A DNA stretch of 64,000 bases from Balanoglossus misakiensis (GCA_040954595.2 CM082576.2:6265129-6329128); one strand, 5' to 3'; numbered from the stretch's first letter, positions 12,524-27,000 are shown. Made by a program: numbers and translations. The notes: generated by a model from the letters alone, not told the origin.

Positions 12524-15029
12524 TCATATTCTGTTGAGTTTGGTGACTACAAGAACTCTCAACGTCTGATCAAATGCTGTGCACACTGCCAATCCTTCTT
12601 TGTCTGCACTCCAGTCCAGGGATGCTATGGGTTGCGTTGCCAGGGTAACATTCTGTAAGAGATGCACCTTCCCAGGTACTCCTTCGGCCACGCCTTCTTT
12701 GTCATCTTTGCTCCTCTTTACCGGGTACTCACTGAGCAAAAAAAGGGATGATATGTTATTTCAGAAAGGTAAATTGATTCCAAATTAAAAACTGGCAGTG
12801 GTGTAATAAGAATCAGACTTAGTGACTTTCTTCGTACAACATGATTTTTTAAAAATATTTATCGGAGCTGCTCCAGTGAAACACAATGCCAAACTACAAC
12901 AACTGTCACAGGATGCAGAAGTGTTGTCCTCAAATACTCACTATTTCCAGAGATTACACGTTCCACTGCCACCCAGTGTCATGAACACATCTCTGTTCTG
13001 TGGTAGATGCCGAACTCCCCAGATAGTGGATTTGTGTGCCTGCAATTCAATACCCATCATGTGTACATATAATTAAGACATGATAACTTTATTGCCAGCA
13101 ATACAGTTGTTGTCACTAATGCCAAATATTCATGAACAAGATGTGTGTGTTTATGCTCGGAATTCAACACAGAGAGATGACTCTAAAGAGTGGTTTTATA
13201 CTGGGTGTACGGAAAGAAAACTGATGGCTTTTAACAAATCTGAGAACCAGAAAACACGCCTCACCTTTTCCGTACAGTACGCAAAGCCCTTCTTCGGATG
13301 CTGTGTTCTCACGTCAAACACATGAAACTTGGATTCTAACGTTGTTGCCACTAATTTATTCATTACGATATCTTTCCGGTCAAATTCAAGTCCACAAATC
13401 TGCATGACGAGATACAACAAATATGATTGACAATTATCTCCAATAGACTGTTCCTTGGCTTCTTTTTTCACTAATGACTGCAGTTACACACAGAAACCTC
13501 AATTCTAAGCTCTCTTCAAATCAACATTCTGGTAACTTTTTGAATCAGGATGAAGAAGCAAGTCTTGTATATGTTTAATATGAATCCTGTGATACTCACC
13601 CCATTACCGATATTCGTCTCCCACCTAAGTGCCATCTTTCTCAGGTCAAACATTTTAATATCACCATTATCATAGCCAGCTACAACCACTCGGTCAGCTT
13701 GATTGTGTGCATGACCTGTCCAGGACAGAAAAAGAGTGGAAAGCACGATTTATTATTGTCAAAAGCCTGTTTTTGTCCTAGGATGAAAAGTATATTGGCC
13801 ACTGGCAAATTCGGAACTCACCAAATGCCACTGTCCAGCAATCTCGCTTTGCCTCGCCATCTGCAGGTTCCATTTTGGCAACGGGTTCATCTTTCTGCCG
13901 TGGATCCCATACTTTTGTAGTTCCTGCAAAAAAAAAATTGATTTGCAATGTTACCCTGGGCAGTGTCAAAAGGGTGGTGCCTTTGAGCGAAATTCACATG
14001 ATTTCATTTCTTGATTTTAAAAAGAATCAGAGACTGCAAAATCTTACCATCTCTACTGCCTGTTACTATTTCTGGGGCACCTTCCCCGATACCAAGTCCA
14101 CCCACACCATCAATTGCATTGATGATTTCTGTATGTCCTTTCACAGAGTATATGGGTACTTCTGTTTTCTCTAAATCCCTGTAAATGAATATGTAATAGG
14201 GTGGTGAGCACGGCACATGTAATGTCTGAGTGAGCTAATGCACCAAGTTCATGGAGGCCCTGAGTATGGTATGTTATCCAGAAAGTTTTGGACTCACAAT
14301 CGATAAAATGATCCAAGAGGACTCTACCTGGTAGTGGTACCAAAATTTTACAAATCCACTTACCAGATCATAAGCTTTCCATCAAAATCACCAGTTGCAA
14401 AATTTCTCTGCTGAAGACTAGAGGCACCGAATGTACCACATTTGAAGGCTTTAGGCTTCTCTGTCTATAGGAAAGAATAATGTCAAATATGTACTATCAA
14501 CATTATGGACATCCAGTGAAAAAATGTATGTCAAAAGACTGTACACGTAAACATTTCCTGTCAATGATATGCTTTAATGAAGTTTTTCTTCTCCAGTAGA
14601 CATGTACTAGAAAGACCACGGAGCTACAGCAGTAAAACATAGCTCAATGGGAGCGAGTAGTTGCCTCCATCATTGTGGTACATGTACAAGCCGCATGGAC
14701 TGACAGACAGCACTTGCCATGTCAGTTACCTTGGCAACGATGTCAACAACCTTCGAGTTTTTCCCCACCCACTTACACAGGCACCTAATACGTACGTGTA
14801 TAGATTGCCAATAAGAAATCTGCTCAGGGATAAATATATAATCTTTACAACCTACCTCATGCAAAAGTTTAACATCACCATGAGTGACTTCATAGATTTG
14901 GAAAGCACCTGTTTGGCGGGCGTGATTGCCAATAACTACAAATTTGGCGCTACATGGAATCCACTTGGCGTCAAATAAAGTATAATTAAGAGACTTCTGT
15001 ACGTGCGAAATGATTTGAGGCTTGTCCAT
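12524..15029 (-). CDS. WDR92: WD repeat protein 92 / dynein axonemal assembly factor 10, 8 exons
   Basis: Exons approx. 15029-14856, 14464-14365, 14178-14048, 13923-13822, 13716-13601, 13399-13265, 13039-12942, 12731-12524. [70 protein letters not shown], and C-terminal [14 protein letters not shown] are characteristic of WDR92. Confidence 0.95.
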
Positions 15030-15115
15030 CTTAGGGATGATTTTACATCAGTTTTGGAGATAAGTTTTCCCTCTGTACATGGATGAATACAAAACTTCAA
15101 CACTTCTGGAATCTT

Positions 15116-15127
15116 CAAAATGGCGCC
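15116..15127. promoter_or_regulatory. YY1-like core promoter motif upstream of WDR92
   Basis: CAAAATGGCGCC about 90 bp upstream of the WDR92 ATG; motif match only. Confidence 0.35.
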
Positions 15128-18100
15128 CTCCTATGTGAATTTGTTTGTATATTCTTTACTCACCATTAATTAAAAGAGGGCGCTTGATCTAAATCATGTA
15201 CAATGTATATATAGGGCTTGGCCATTATTTCAGACAAGGGGGAGCTTGACTAGGTACAGGCCTTTGACGAGGGTCACTGTCGTTTGGAATGTTGGGTCAT
15301 GCAGGAGAAATTACTGGTAAAAGTAAGCTCAAACTGCCCACGTACAGTGTACCCTCCATGAGTGTACCCAAATCGCTTGAACACCAATAAAACTCGGACG
15401 CCCACATTTCATTGTCTGGTGTCAGTTTTATTACATAAGCTAAAGTGCTACAATTGCAGGCGATACAAAACTCAAACATCTTTAACCAAACACAATTCAA
15501 TTTTCTGCCAAATGTGGCATATTTGAAATCATCTTGAATAATCTATACAATGAAAGCAATTGTTCAAGCTTCAAAAGAGCTTACGACCTATAATCATGCA
15601 ATCACCACACAGTGTAGAAAGCTTGGACTAAAAAATAAATGTATCGTGCAAGTCATGTAAGATTTGTATTAATTGCCACACACCGGTAATCACATAATAT
15701 TATACATCCAAAGACCAGAATTTGTAAGATTCAATGATCTTATCTCCAAACAAACTGTTTCACAATGAAAATGTTTGCTCCTCCAGGTATTGAGTGTATG
15801 ATGATCAAACATAAAGGAAATAATTGCATACATGGTTAGACTAACCGTCATTTTTCACATAATAGTGGATATGCCCAATGAAGGATGTAAAGTTCTGTTT
15901 AACTTGGACCTCAATGTGTGGTGACAACAATGAATTCGCAAGAAACAAACCATTCAGTTTGATGTCGGTGGGACTTGCAAATCCAGAGATTGGCAAATAC
16001 TGATGTGGAAAGAAAACGTACTCCCACATGGACTGCAGTTGGCACTTTGCAAAACATGAGAAAAACCAGCAAAAATCTTTTGAAAAGGGGTTTTAAAGCT
16101 TCTGGCCACTGATAACGATAACATCTGGCCTTGATTTGAACAGATTATAGACAGAACTTGAGAAAACGTGTCACAAACTACACATTGGATTTGAAATCTG
16201 ATTCTTTTCTTGTAAAGTTACACTCCAGGAAAAGAAATTTCAAGTGGTCATCAAAACACGGACTCTGAGTCTGTTGATTCGAAACTGGTTCAGCAAACCA
16301 TTCATGAAAGACATACTTCAAACTGAAAATAAATATAGTATAAAAAAGTCAAGTTTCTAGGAAACGACACTAATATTTACAAAGAACAGTTGGTTGTAAA
16401 TAAGTTGTACAAAAAAAAAAAAACACATAAAAAAAGACATTAGTGAAATGCAAGGTACATAATTTTTCAAAAAGTCCAGCTAGAAATAACTGACCCCGGA
16501 TCATGGGATAATTTGTATACCGCTCTGCACCAGAACTCCAGGAAATTAAGTTTTCATTTTACAAGTAGTATAATTTTCACACTTTCTTCATCACTATTTA
16601 ATAATTTCATCAAAGTGATCATAAATTTTTCGACTATAAATGGAATTACATCAAATATACCCTCTGGTTCATTCATTCAGAATCATAGACATATTGAATT
16701 CTCTTAGAATAAAATGTTGTAAAACAGCTGATATTTGAGTGTACTGGTTAGTATCATCAGAGAATTTATATCAAAATCTAACAGCTATGGTTCATTTAAA
16801 AATCACAAACATGAATTTCAAGACAGAACAAGATTATTATTTTAAGGTTTAATCAATCTATATGATTGTTAAATTTTACGGCATATTTCGGTTGAGTTGT
16901 AACAATGTACTGATTCTGTGATTTTCCATGTACTGTAGTAGAATCATAAACACAAGGTAACTTGACGAAATTAAGGGACAAATGCTGAATCATCCAGTCA
17001 GAATAACAACTATATACGGATTCAACCAAACTGAATAAATTATATGAACACATTTACGTAATTATCATCCCGGGGTAAGTTCCATTATGCTTCCCAAGGC
17101 AGTCTCAAGTCGCCCAGATTCACGACACAAAATCACAGCCATGGCACCCACGGAAGAATTTCTGTCCCTGCCCTAATAAGAGCTTTGGTGGCTAGGGGAA
17201 AGTTATTTGCATAGAAATATGGCAGATGGTATATGAAAAAAAAACTTGAAAATTATGGTCATCTTAATATCAGTGCTCATAACAAACATTTTGGTGGCCG
17301 GCAGCCATTTTGAATATCAATTACTCTGCTTTCCTGAGGCACCACGGGAGACACCTTGGGGAAACTTAATCAAACCCACCCCTGCATGTTCTGTGTACAG
17401 TTCGTATATGTGCTACATGTACATATGGAAACGGCGAAGTGACATGCAACCTGCTACAAGTTCTTACAATTTTTATATTTCACTCAAGCTAACAGTACAA
17501 TTACTTCTAAATAAACTGACATCCAGTAATTACAACTACATGTACCAAAGCTATCATGCCTGCAGAACATATTCTGCACAGACCTCATGACACATAATTC
17601 ATCTCATGCTCGACAAAACAACCCACAAATATCAGTGCACAATACCTTGCTTTTCAAAAAAACACTGTCAACGGCAACAAACCGTCACTCCTCGTGCATA
17701 TTTTGTGAAAACACATTCAAACAAACATGACAGTAAATCTTCAATCAATAATTAATATATTCTTACAAATCAAACTGGTTAATTACAAAGGCACTCAATT
17801 TGTTTGCTTTTGCCGTTGTCAAAAAAAAATCACACAATGTACAAATTCCAAATAAATACTACTAGCCTGAGCTATCTATTGCTGTTGCCAACATATTATC
17901 AATGAATATTACCGGTAATTAAGAAAAAGCCCTGACAAATTTGTTCAACCATTTCCCAAAGCACAGAGGCATGATGGGATACCTGAAGTTGCCATAATTA
18001 TCCACAAATCACTGCGATTCCAAAGTATGATTTTAGTTACAAAGCAAGATGACAGATAATCGTCTGTACTGTAGGTGAGTGTAGACTGTCATATAATACA

Positions 18101-18139
18101 TCTATGTACCAAATTAGAAGGCTGTAACTTGCATGTTGA

Positions 18140-18680
18140 GTTTATACCCTGATGATGACAGAATAACTTTGACACTATCAGAATAAGTCTGATAGCCACA
18201 CAATTACTGCCAGAGTATCGTCAGAATAACTCAAATATCATAAGAATAATTCAGAATGTCAGAATATTTCTCACACTGTCTGAATAACTCTGATACTGTC
18301 ATAATAACTCAGATATTGGGGGAAAATATTTAGCTGTTAGGCACACTCTCTCTCTCTCCAAATAACTCAGATATTCATTCAGATACCATCTCACAAGAAT
18401 ATCACCTCTTTCTAACAATATCTCTCTGAATAAATCGAAATATAACCTCAGAATATCTTGGACATACTAAGGCACGAAATCTCAGAATAACTCTTGTCCT
18501 ACGGTATCTCAGAATAACATAGACATTATCTCAGAACAACACACATTATCTCAGAATAAACCATATCTGAACAATTCACTTAGACGCTATCACAGAATGA
18601 CACAGATACCATGGTATCTCAGAATAACTCGCACACTATCTCAGAATAAATTAGACACAGCCTCAATAATACTCTTGTGG
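18140..18680. repeat. Degenerate minisatellite built on (T)CAGAATAACTC
   Basis: Many imperfect copies of CAGAATAA/CAGAATAACTC/CTCAGA at irregular ~20-45 bp spacing, downstream of the gene A stop codon. Confidence 0.75.
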
Positions 18681-19091
18681 TGGATGTTGTTACCGGGACA
18701 AAGTCGCAAAATTTTGTCATTATTTTGGATAATTTTGTTTAGTAAAAAAATTTGCATATGTTGTTTGACTAGTAGTCGAAACATGCTTATCTAATGGTCA
18801 AATGCACAAAGACTGCCATTCTGCTTGTAGACAGACCAGATTAAACCTGGAGTAGGGATTTTGTTACAAGCATAATCTTTTCCATGCGTACAGCCAAATG
18901 GCCGGGCAATTTTGACACTCAAAGATCTTATGCGAAAATTCCATGTAATCTTGATATCACAAAAGGGTCAAAAAGAGCGACTTAGTCCCTTTAAGTATGT
19001 GTTAAACAACATTGACAACAATAAGCAATCTCATCTCCACAGCTTGATCATTATCCCGCGTGTTCTGAGGTTTCATCATTATTTTCATTTA

Positions 19092-22000
19092 TCAAGCATT
19101 CTCGGGCGCTGGGAGGCTGTATGTGTCAGTCGAGAAGGAAACCTGCCGAGGTGAAAAAAGAAAGAACAGCAACGTGAATTCTCTCTCTTTCTATATTTGG
19201 TATTACCGTTCATGAGCCATACAGAAATTCACAAATAATTAGTTCAAACTCAACATGCATAATCTTGTTGTAACCTATCCTCTTCTTGAAAGTGGTACCA
19301 TCTGCACTCAAATTTTACGAACAAGTATTTCACTAGTTTTCCTTACCTCTGGACCATTTTCACTTCTCATGTATTTGGCAGTTGACTGATTGGGAGAACA
19401 CTGTCTTCGATAAATCTGCAGAGAATATTTTTAAAAATGCATTTCTTACTTGCATGGAAACAATACAACCACTCAAAAACAGAGTAGGAATTTCTTTCAT
19501 CTGTTACAGACATTCTGGAATAAGTAAAAGTGTACGAAAATGGAGAACAAGAAATCAGACTGTACCAGGTATCCCACGACAGCGCCAACAACACACACTA
19601 TCAGAACAATGACCACCACTGCTATGATAATTCCACTACCACCACCACTGCCAGTAGTTGGTGACGTGGCAACGGCTTGCTGCATTGCAAAGTCTGCAGA
19701 TTCACTGTCTACCGTCAGTTCATGATCTTTATAAATCACTTTATAAGTACCAGACTTGAACTGAAAAAAAGAAGAAAAAAGGTAAAAATATGCATACTTA
19801 CCAACAATGAAAACATTTAAAAACAAGTCAAAGGTGGATTATTTTGGGCCAAAGAAACAAAATGCAAGAAAAAATGTTAAAAACCAAAGGGCTTAACAAA
19901 ATAACTGTCATACATGTACATTTTTTAATGAGAAATTAACAGAATTTCCATGCTCAACATACAGGAACACTCTTTAAAATAATTCATACACCATCAGGAA
20001 TGGTTTTTACTCACTCGGCTTTCCATATGTGCCGCAACGTCCGACACCGACGTGTTAGAACCACTAATGAGTACAAGGTTATATGATACTTCTATGCTGC
20101 CTTCTGTTACCTAGTGTGAAAAAGACATCAAAAGGCAAACGGGTGTCAGTTGGGAACACGATTAATACTTATGAAGTACTGGACATTTTGGCTCATCAAA
20201 ATATTCTGACCTCGAAAACTGAAAAACTGAAAAAGTACACCCACCTCAAGATTTTGGATCATTTTGCTGTCTGGCAAATGGAATTCTTTAACGAGCTGAT
20301 CTGTCACAACTCTGTGAGAAAGATATGGAAAAATAAATGTCAGAAAGAAAGAAAAAACAGGGTTTATTAACAACTGGTTTCATTAGCTCCAGTCTGCCAG
20401 TACATGCAAAATACCAGTGAAATCCACTACATGAATAAATTCACATACATGTATCTAAGAACAAACAACTTACAAAACGTTATGTACAACACCGATCTGA
20501 ATTAAATATACTCACTCTTTGAAATTTGATAGATCATCTTTTACAAGTGCATAATCAGATCTGATGGTGAAACTCACTTCCACAGACCCTATTGGAATAA
20601 AATCTGAAAAGGAAAAAAATAACATACATTGTCAAAGTATGGAACTAATCTTGGCTTTCTCAGTTTTATGGACAAACTACACGTTGCCTGTTGTGTGACT
20701 AACAGTTCGATCAATCCATACAGGTCAACTGACCATATTGGATCATGTTGCAAAACAACTGACATGTATGAACTTATCTTATGGAACTGAGTGCAGAAAT
20801 ACAGGAAATACAGTATCCGTTATAGAACTTCTGCATCTTGACCACATCAGGCCAGGGATTTGGGGTTGGGGTGCGGAGATGGGGGGAGTGATGGTGATTA
20901 GACACTTACCACAAACCGGTTCTCCTCTGAGTTGAGTGTCTGGAACCTCCACGCCAGCTTCATCCACACACCAACAGAATCCTGTGCTTGGGTGACACTG
21001 CATTGGATTAAACCTGCCATTTTCCGCACACTGGGGTTTGTAGGAACCGAGCAGACCAGACGCACATTGACTCGAGAGCATACACCTACTGACAGCTGTG
21101 GGAAAAAAAAAACTTTGTCAGAAAAGAAAACCAAAGTTGGCGAGTTCTCTTCAGTAACTGGTTACAGCCGGTTCTTGCACTATTGAACTCTGGGAAGACA
21201 GCACAGACAATTACTGGATGCAAATTCCAAATCTACCTACGTTTTTCACAGTTAACTTCTCGTCCCTGATCATCATAGAACTTGGCTGTGCATCCACCAC
21301 AGACATCCATACGGCATCTAGCACAGTGATTCCACCTACACGCGCTGGTGGCGCAGAGATCTTCCAGGCAAATCTGAGCTGGTTTGTCGGCTGGACACAG
21401 ATCACCCGGCGCAGCTGAAACCAAGTATTAATCAATTGTTAACAGAATGCAAGGAGTATCTGAGAACAAGCATGTCCATACATCACTGGAATGGTCGAAA
21501 TGTCGCAAAATAATTCTTCATGACTAACATTAGTGATAGCACAAGTGATGTTTCAGCAAATTTTGTCAAATCACGGATAAATATAACCTATTCAATTTTT
21601 CACCAGTTCAGACACTTTCCCTTTTTTATGATTTTTGAGAAGACAAACTTTTGAAGTCTGTAGTTTCAAATTCCAAGTCTCTCAAGGAGCACATGAAACC
21701 TATCAGTTGTTACACTCACCTGCACCGCAGTCAACAGACTTCTCCAGGTTGTCACAAGTCTTCCAAGTTTCCTGGCAATTATTGCACGGATCGATCACAC
21801 AGAAAGCATCCGGATTACCTGGACAGGACTCCCTCGAGCAGGAAATGTCCAAACACAGCTTCATTTGCTCTCCGTTGGGACAGGTAACTGTGAGATCACC
21901 AGAATTGGATGCATTACACACAGTGAATACAACAAGTCATTATGATGTCAGCTGGCACTGAATTTATAGGGAATACACCAAATTCTAGTACATGTATTTA

Positions 22001-24040
22001 AACGTACATGTATGGTGATGTTGGTAGTGATGGTGGTACAAGTAATGATTAGAAGCACAGTTATATCAGTTATTAATCAAATGTAGCAGATAATGATAAA
22101 AGAATCCACAAAAATTAAAACACTTACACTGTTCTCCTTCGCCAGTTCCTTCCACTTTGCCTTCCTGATAGCATCTCAAACTTTTGGACGCTGGCTTTGT
22201 CGTGACAGTATCTAACATGGGATTACCGTCAGCATCTATGCACCAGCACACACCAGTGTTGCCATGACACTGTTTCCATGAGAATGCACCGCTCTCAGTG
22301 CATTCTGGGATGTATGGACCAAACAGTGGTGTGCTTAATACTGAGAGAGAGGGAGAAAGAATACAATACAGTCACATTCACTCAGAACTGACAATGAAAA
22401 GTTGCAGTACAACTACACAGCATTTTTTCAAATCATCAAGAAAAAATTGTGAAAAAATTTGACTTTTTGCCTTCAAAGGATTAAACAAACCGGTGACAAT
22501 AATAAGCATTCTGTGACATCCATTGTTCTTAGCATTTGGGAATGACATACAAAAACTACATGTAACTCGTGCCTGACAAGGCCTTTCTCTACCTTTACTG
22601 TTGCTCTGGTTGTCCACTTCTCTTCGTCTCCGACTGTCGTCATCTCCATTCCCAAACCAAATACTCAAAAAGTCGCCAATGGTGGACAAGTGGTCGAAGA
22701 TTTTGTCGATGCCGAAGCTGGTGGCGTCGGCAAGATCGCCACCGATGGACCCGATGGCATCTGTCAGGTCGTCCAAACTGGGCATGTCGCTGTCTCCCTC
22801 TCCAAACAGAATCCGGAATATATCGTCCACATTCGGCAGATCTTCCAGTCTGCCAATACCTGGGAGTTGTCCGTCAGTCCAGGTGGTCGGGATGCCACAG
22901 ACGCCACCCAGCTGGTTTATGACGTCCTGCACCATGCCGGGCAACTTGTCCGTGATGTTTTTGAGAAGACTTGATGAGAGGACCCCTCGGTTATTCGAGT
23001 TCAAAGCCGTCTGACGTTGAGCTTGGCAGGGCGTCAGATCTTATGATGGAAACACAAGTGATTGTGGAGGGTGAGGTTCAAAAGTGTACTGTGATTGACC
23101 TCAAGACAAATGCTGGCCACACCATTGAAGGGAATTCTAGTGTGCGCAGTGTGTTTTCTCAGACAGGTTAACAGAACAGAAGTAGTACGGGAGGGTCACA
23201 TTTTTAACCCCCACATAATATTATCAAATTTTGACAACTGTCACAGTGTTGCAAAGCTATGGACGTTGCTTTTGGTGTTTATAGTGAATAATCTGAAACA
23301 ATCGGGATGTTTTACCTTTGTTGCAGTCAACTATAGTGTTGCTCTCATCATAGAACTCCACAGTGCACTCTCCACACGGATTGACCCTGCAGACCGCAGC
23401 CGGATGGGCTAAGCACGCCGCTTGGTAACACATATTCTGAGCACATCTCTGCATTTCTGTGCCAGGCGCACACACTGAAACTGCAATGTACAAATAAACT
23501 CATTCTCTGAATCGAAAACCAGGATGCAGAGGTCTATCATATAATACACCACATAAAGGCAACACACGATCATGACTGACACAATTATTAGAAGTAAAAT
23601 ACCAACGACAAGAGAGAATTCTGACCAATAGGAGATTGATATTATGGTACCGTACCTTCATCTGAATCTTCTGTGCCTGTAGCTGTGGAAGAAAATGAAA
23701 TATTATATGAATTACACTGAGAAAAGGTAGCCAGATTGGATAAGTTAAGCCCACTAACGCAGACAGCAACTGGTAGCCAATGAAAATCTGAATAATAATT
23801 GGATACTCTAAATGGATATACACCTCTATAGTCTGGATATTCTACTTACCTGCACAATCCGGATTGCCCCTGATTTGAGTTCCACCAATTTTCACCCCAG
23901 TATCGGGATCCACACACCAACACACCCCAATGTGTTCTGCACACTGTATCTGTTCGTAGCGACCATCATCAAGACATCTAGAACAGGAAAAACAACTTTA
24001 TAGCTCAGAAGAACTCAGCTAAGTTATTTGTCAGGCAGAT

Positions 24041-24077
<37 letters not shown>

Positions 24078-27000
24078 CAATCACCATCACTGCCATGAAC
24101 ACCCAATCAACCATCGCCGCCACTACACAATTATCATAGTTCAGAGCATTCAACATACCTTGGTATATATCTTTCAAGCTGTGCTGCAGAAGAGGTAGAG
24201 GTTGATGTCACTACGGCAACGCTTGCTGTTTTTGCTGCCAGTTGACAACTAGTCAGCCCGACTAAGGAAAATAAAAACACAAATCTAAAACATGCCAGTG
24301 TTTTCAAGCAGTCTGGACTTCATAAAACTGGAACAAAGGTATTGTTGTGTATATAATGCAGAAAGAATGAATATCTGACAAAATCCAGTATATATCCACT
24401 TTAACAACACACTGATTGGGACTGTAACTTGACTCTCAACTCACTTGGCACAGGATCCAGACATTCTCTCCGACATCCGACTGAACAACACAACTTGCCG
24501 GCAAGGCAGCCATCTTGAGAACCACAGGCATTCTCACAAGTCGTGATAATATCTGGCTCTTGTTCCGGACACCTGAATTTTTCTGGAAAATACAATCAAT
24601 GGGAAATTCATCACAAGGTGATCAAGCTATTTATATTTCACTCTGTAACATATTTTCAAGATTAAAATTTCCACAACTTCAAGCTTGTGCGTAGTAAAAC
24701 ATGAAAAAACTTAAGGACAAATGTCACTAACTTTTGGCATTATTTTGGTTATTTTTTGATAGAATATTTATGTTGTTCTGCATGTAATTATTTCATGTTA
24801 AGTGTCAGATAAACATACAAGGAAGAAAATTTGTCATACCATGCTTCTCGCAATTCACCACGTTGTTATTGGTGTCATAGAAGAGAGCCTTGCAGTGTCC
24901 GCAGTAGTCAGTCTTACAGGTTGCCATGGGGTGGGCTGCACAGGTTGCCGAGGCACATGGATCAACGAGACAGTGTACAGCTTCTTTGTCTTCTGGGCAG
25001 ACGCTTTCATCAATTTCAGCTGTTACCCATCAAGAAAAGGAAAACAAAAGAAATTGTCATCCCAATAAAATGTCTGCTTGCATTGATAAGCCACCCATAA
25101 CATTCCCTTCCTTGTCTAAAGGTAGGACTTAACAGCAAACATTGTGGATATATGTACTTACGGACACACTGAGGAATCCCTGGACAGTCCCCTTCGGAAC
25201 ACAGCACATGCATAGGTTTACACACACTGCCGGTCGGACATTCATACCCCTACATGGGAGAAAAAATCAAGTCACTATGTAAGGGCTGTACTCTGTTAAA
25301 GATCATGATGTAGATAATTGTTGTACAGTTATATCTGGCAAATGGAGGTGCGACCAAAGACAAACGTTCCTTGGCCAATATTTCTACAATCTCTGACACT
25401 TAACACAGTAACTATCATTACTCAAAAGCCTGATGAAAGTTTTAAAAATCTGGCTACAATAGGCACACACAAGGTGAATGTACTTACATCACAGGGCAGG
25501 TAACACTGACAGATCGGGCAACCATCATTTCCAGCTGCAAAACCGTACTTACACTGGTCTCCCAGGCTGTTTCTGCAGCCCTCTGGGTCACCTTCGTTTA
25601 TAGTGCAAGACTCTGCCAATTCTTCAATTGATCATCAAAGAAAAACAATCAGCAATCAGTACTGTATTTTGAGGTTTTTTATTTAAATTTTAGAAATCTG
25701 CCATCTTAAAAATCTGTTGCCATCTTGAAAATCTGTTCGATTTTTATCACTTGACTAAGTAGGAAAAACCTATTCAATGTAGTGGGATTTACACAGGTCC
25801 ATCACTCACCTATACCATCACACTCTGTATAGTTTGGCTTCAGTGTATCTGGGATTATGGTGCCCGTTGTGTTGGCACACCAGCACAGGCCTGCCCTGTC
25901 GTCACACTGAACTTTGTGAAAACTGCCATCGGCATCGCACCGCGGTACATAGAGGTCCGAGGCTCCACCCTTGGGACCCATTGATGCAATGGCGGTCTCA
26001 ACCATCATCTGAGCAAATCTGCATGGTCCCTGGGCATCTGAGCGTAAAAAAAAAAAATTCTTCAAATGATGTGTAATTATAAGAAATTAATTTTTATACA
26101 ATAACACATCATTATAAACAAGATACATGTACTGGTACACTGCAAATAATTCACCTCACCAAATAGCTGTGTTCTTAAATAAGAAAACAAGTTTCATAAA
26201 AAGTTTTTTATGTGAAATTTTGTTTGAAGCATACCAACAGAAGTACCAGGATGTGAGGTCATCCGAGGGTCACATAAATAGGCCAATTTCTTAACAAGCA
26301 ATTCTAGAAGGTAATACTATCCTCTAAACAAGAAAGGTAATTCCTAAGCTCATGACGATCTGCACGCGTCTTATTTTTTTCGCGACTGACCTTGCAATGA
26401 AAGTTCCATACACTCGGTGCCGCATCCGTTGTGACAACATTTGGTGTTGGCATAGCAATCGGCGTCCGATCTGCATGACTGGGAACAAGTGCCGACATCG
26501 CCGTTTGGCAGCGGACACTGACCCGGTTTCACTGGAATGGAGACGAATAGAAAAAGAGTTGAACTAGGTTATGCCAACACACTGCCAATCATTGACAGAA
26601 CCTTGTAAACAACAATTCAATTGAATCCTCAGTCAATGGGGTTTTAGTTCATCTATTCTGAATATTCCAATACACAGTAAAATACGAGGTCCAGAGACAA
26701 ACTCTGCTGATTTGTCATGATTATATTTTAAAAGAACTTAAAATTCAGAAGCCATAATTCTTAGTTTCCTGCTTGTTTGGAGGAAGGGGTGTTAAAACTG
26801 CACGTAAAATTTCTTGACCTTGCTTTAATTTAATTTACACTGGAAATTAAATTAAGGACATTCCCCTGTCCATAAAATGCGTTGCAACCACTGCATACAT
26901 TTCTAAGGTTAGTATTTGCGATTATGATTACGCACACTCGGATTGCATGAGGTAAACCTGGCGCCAATGGTATTCAAAGAAAAGCTTAAATTACACTATG

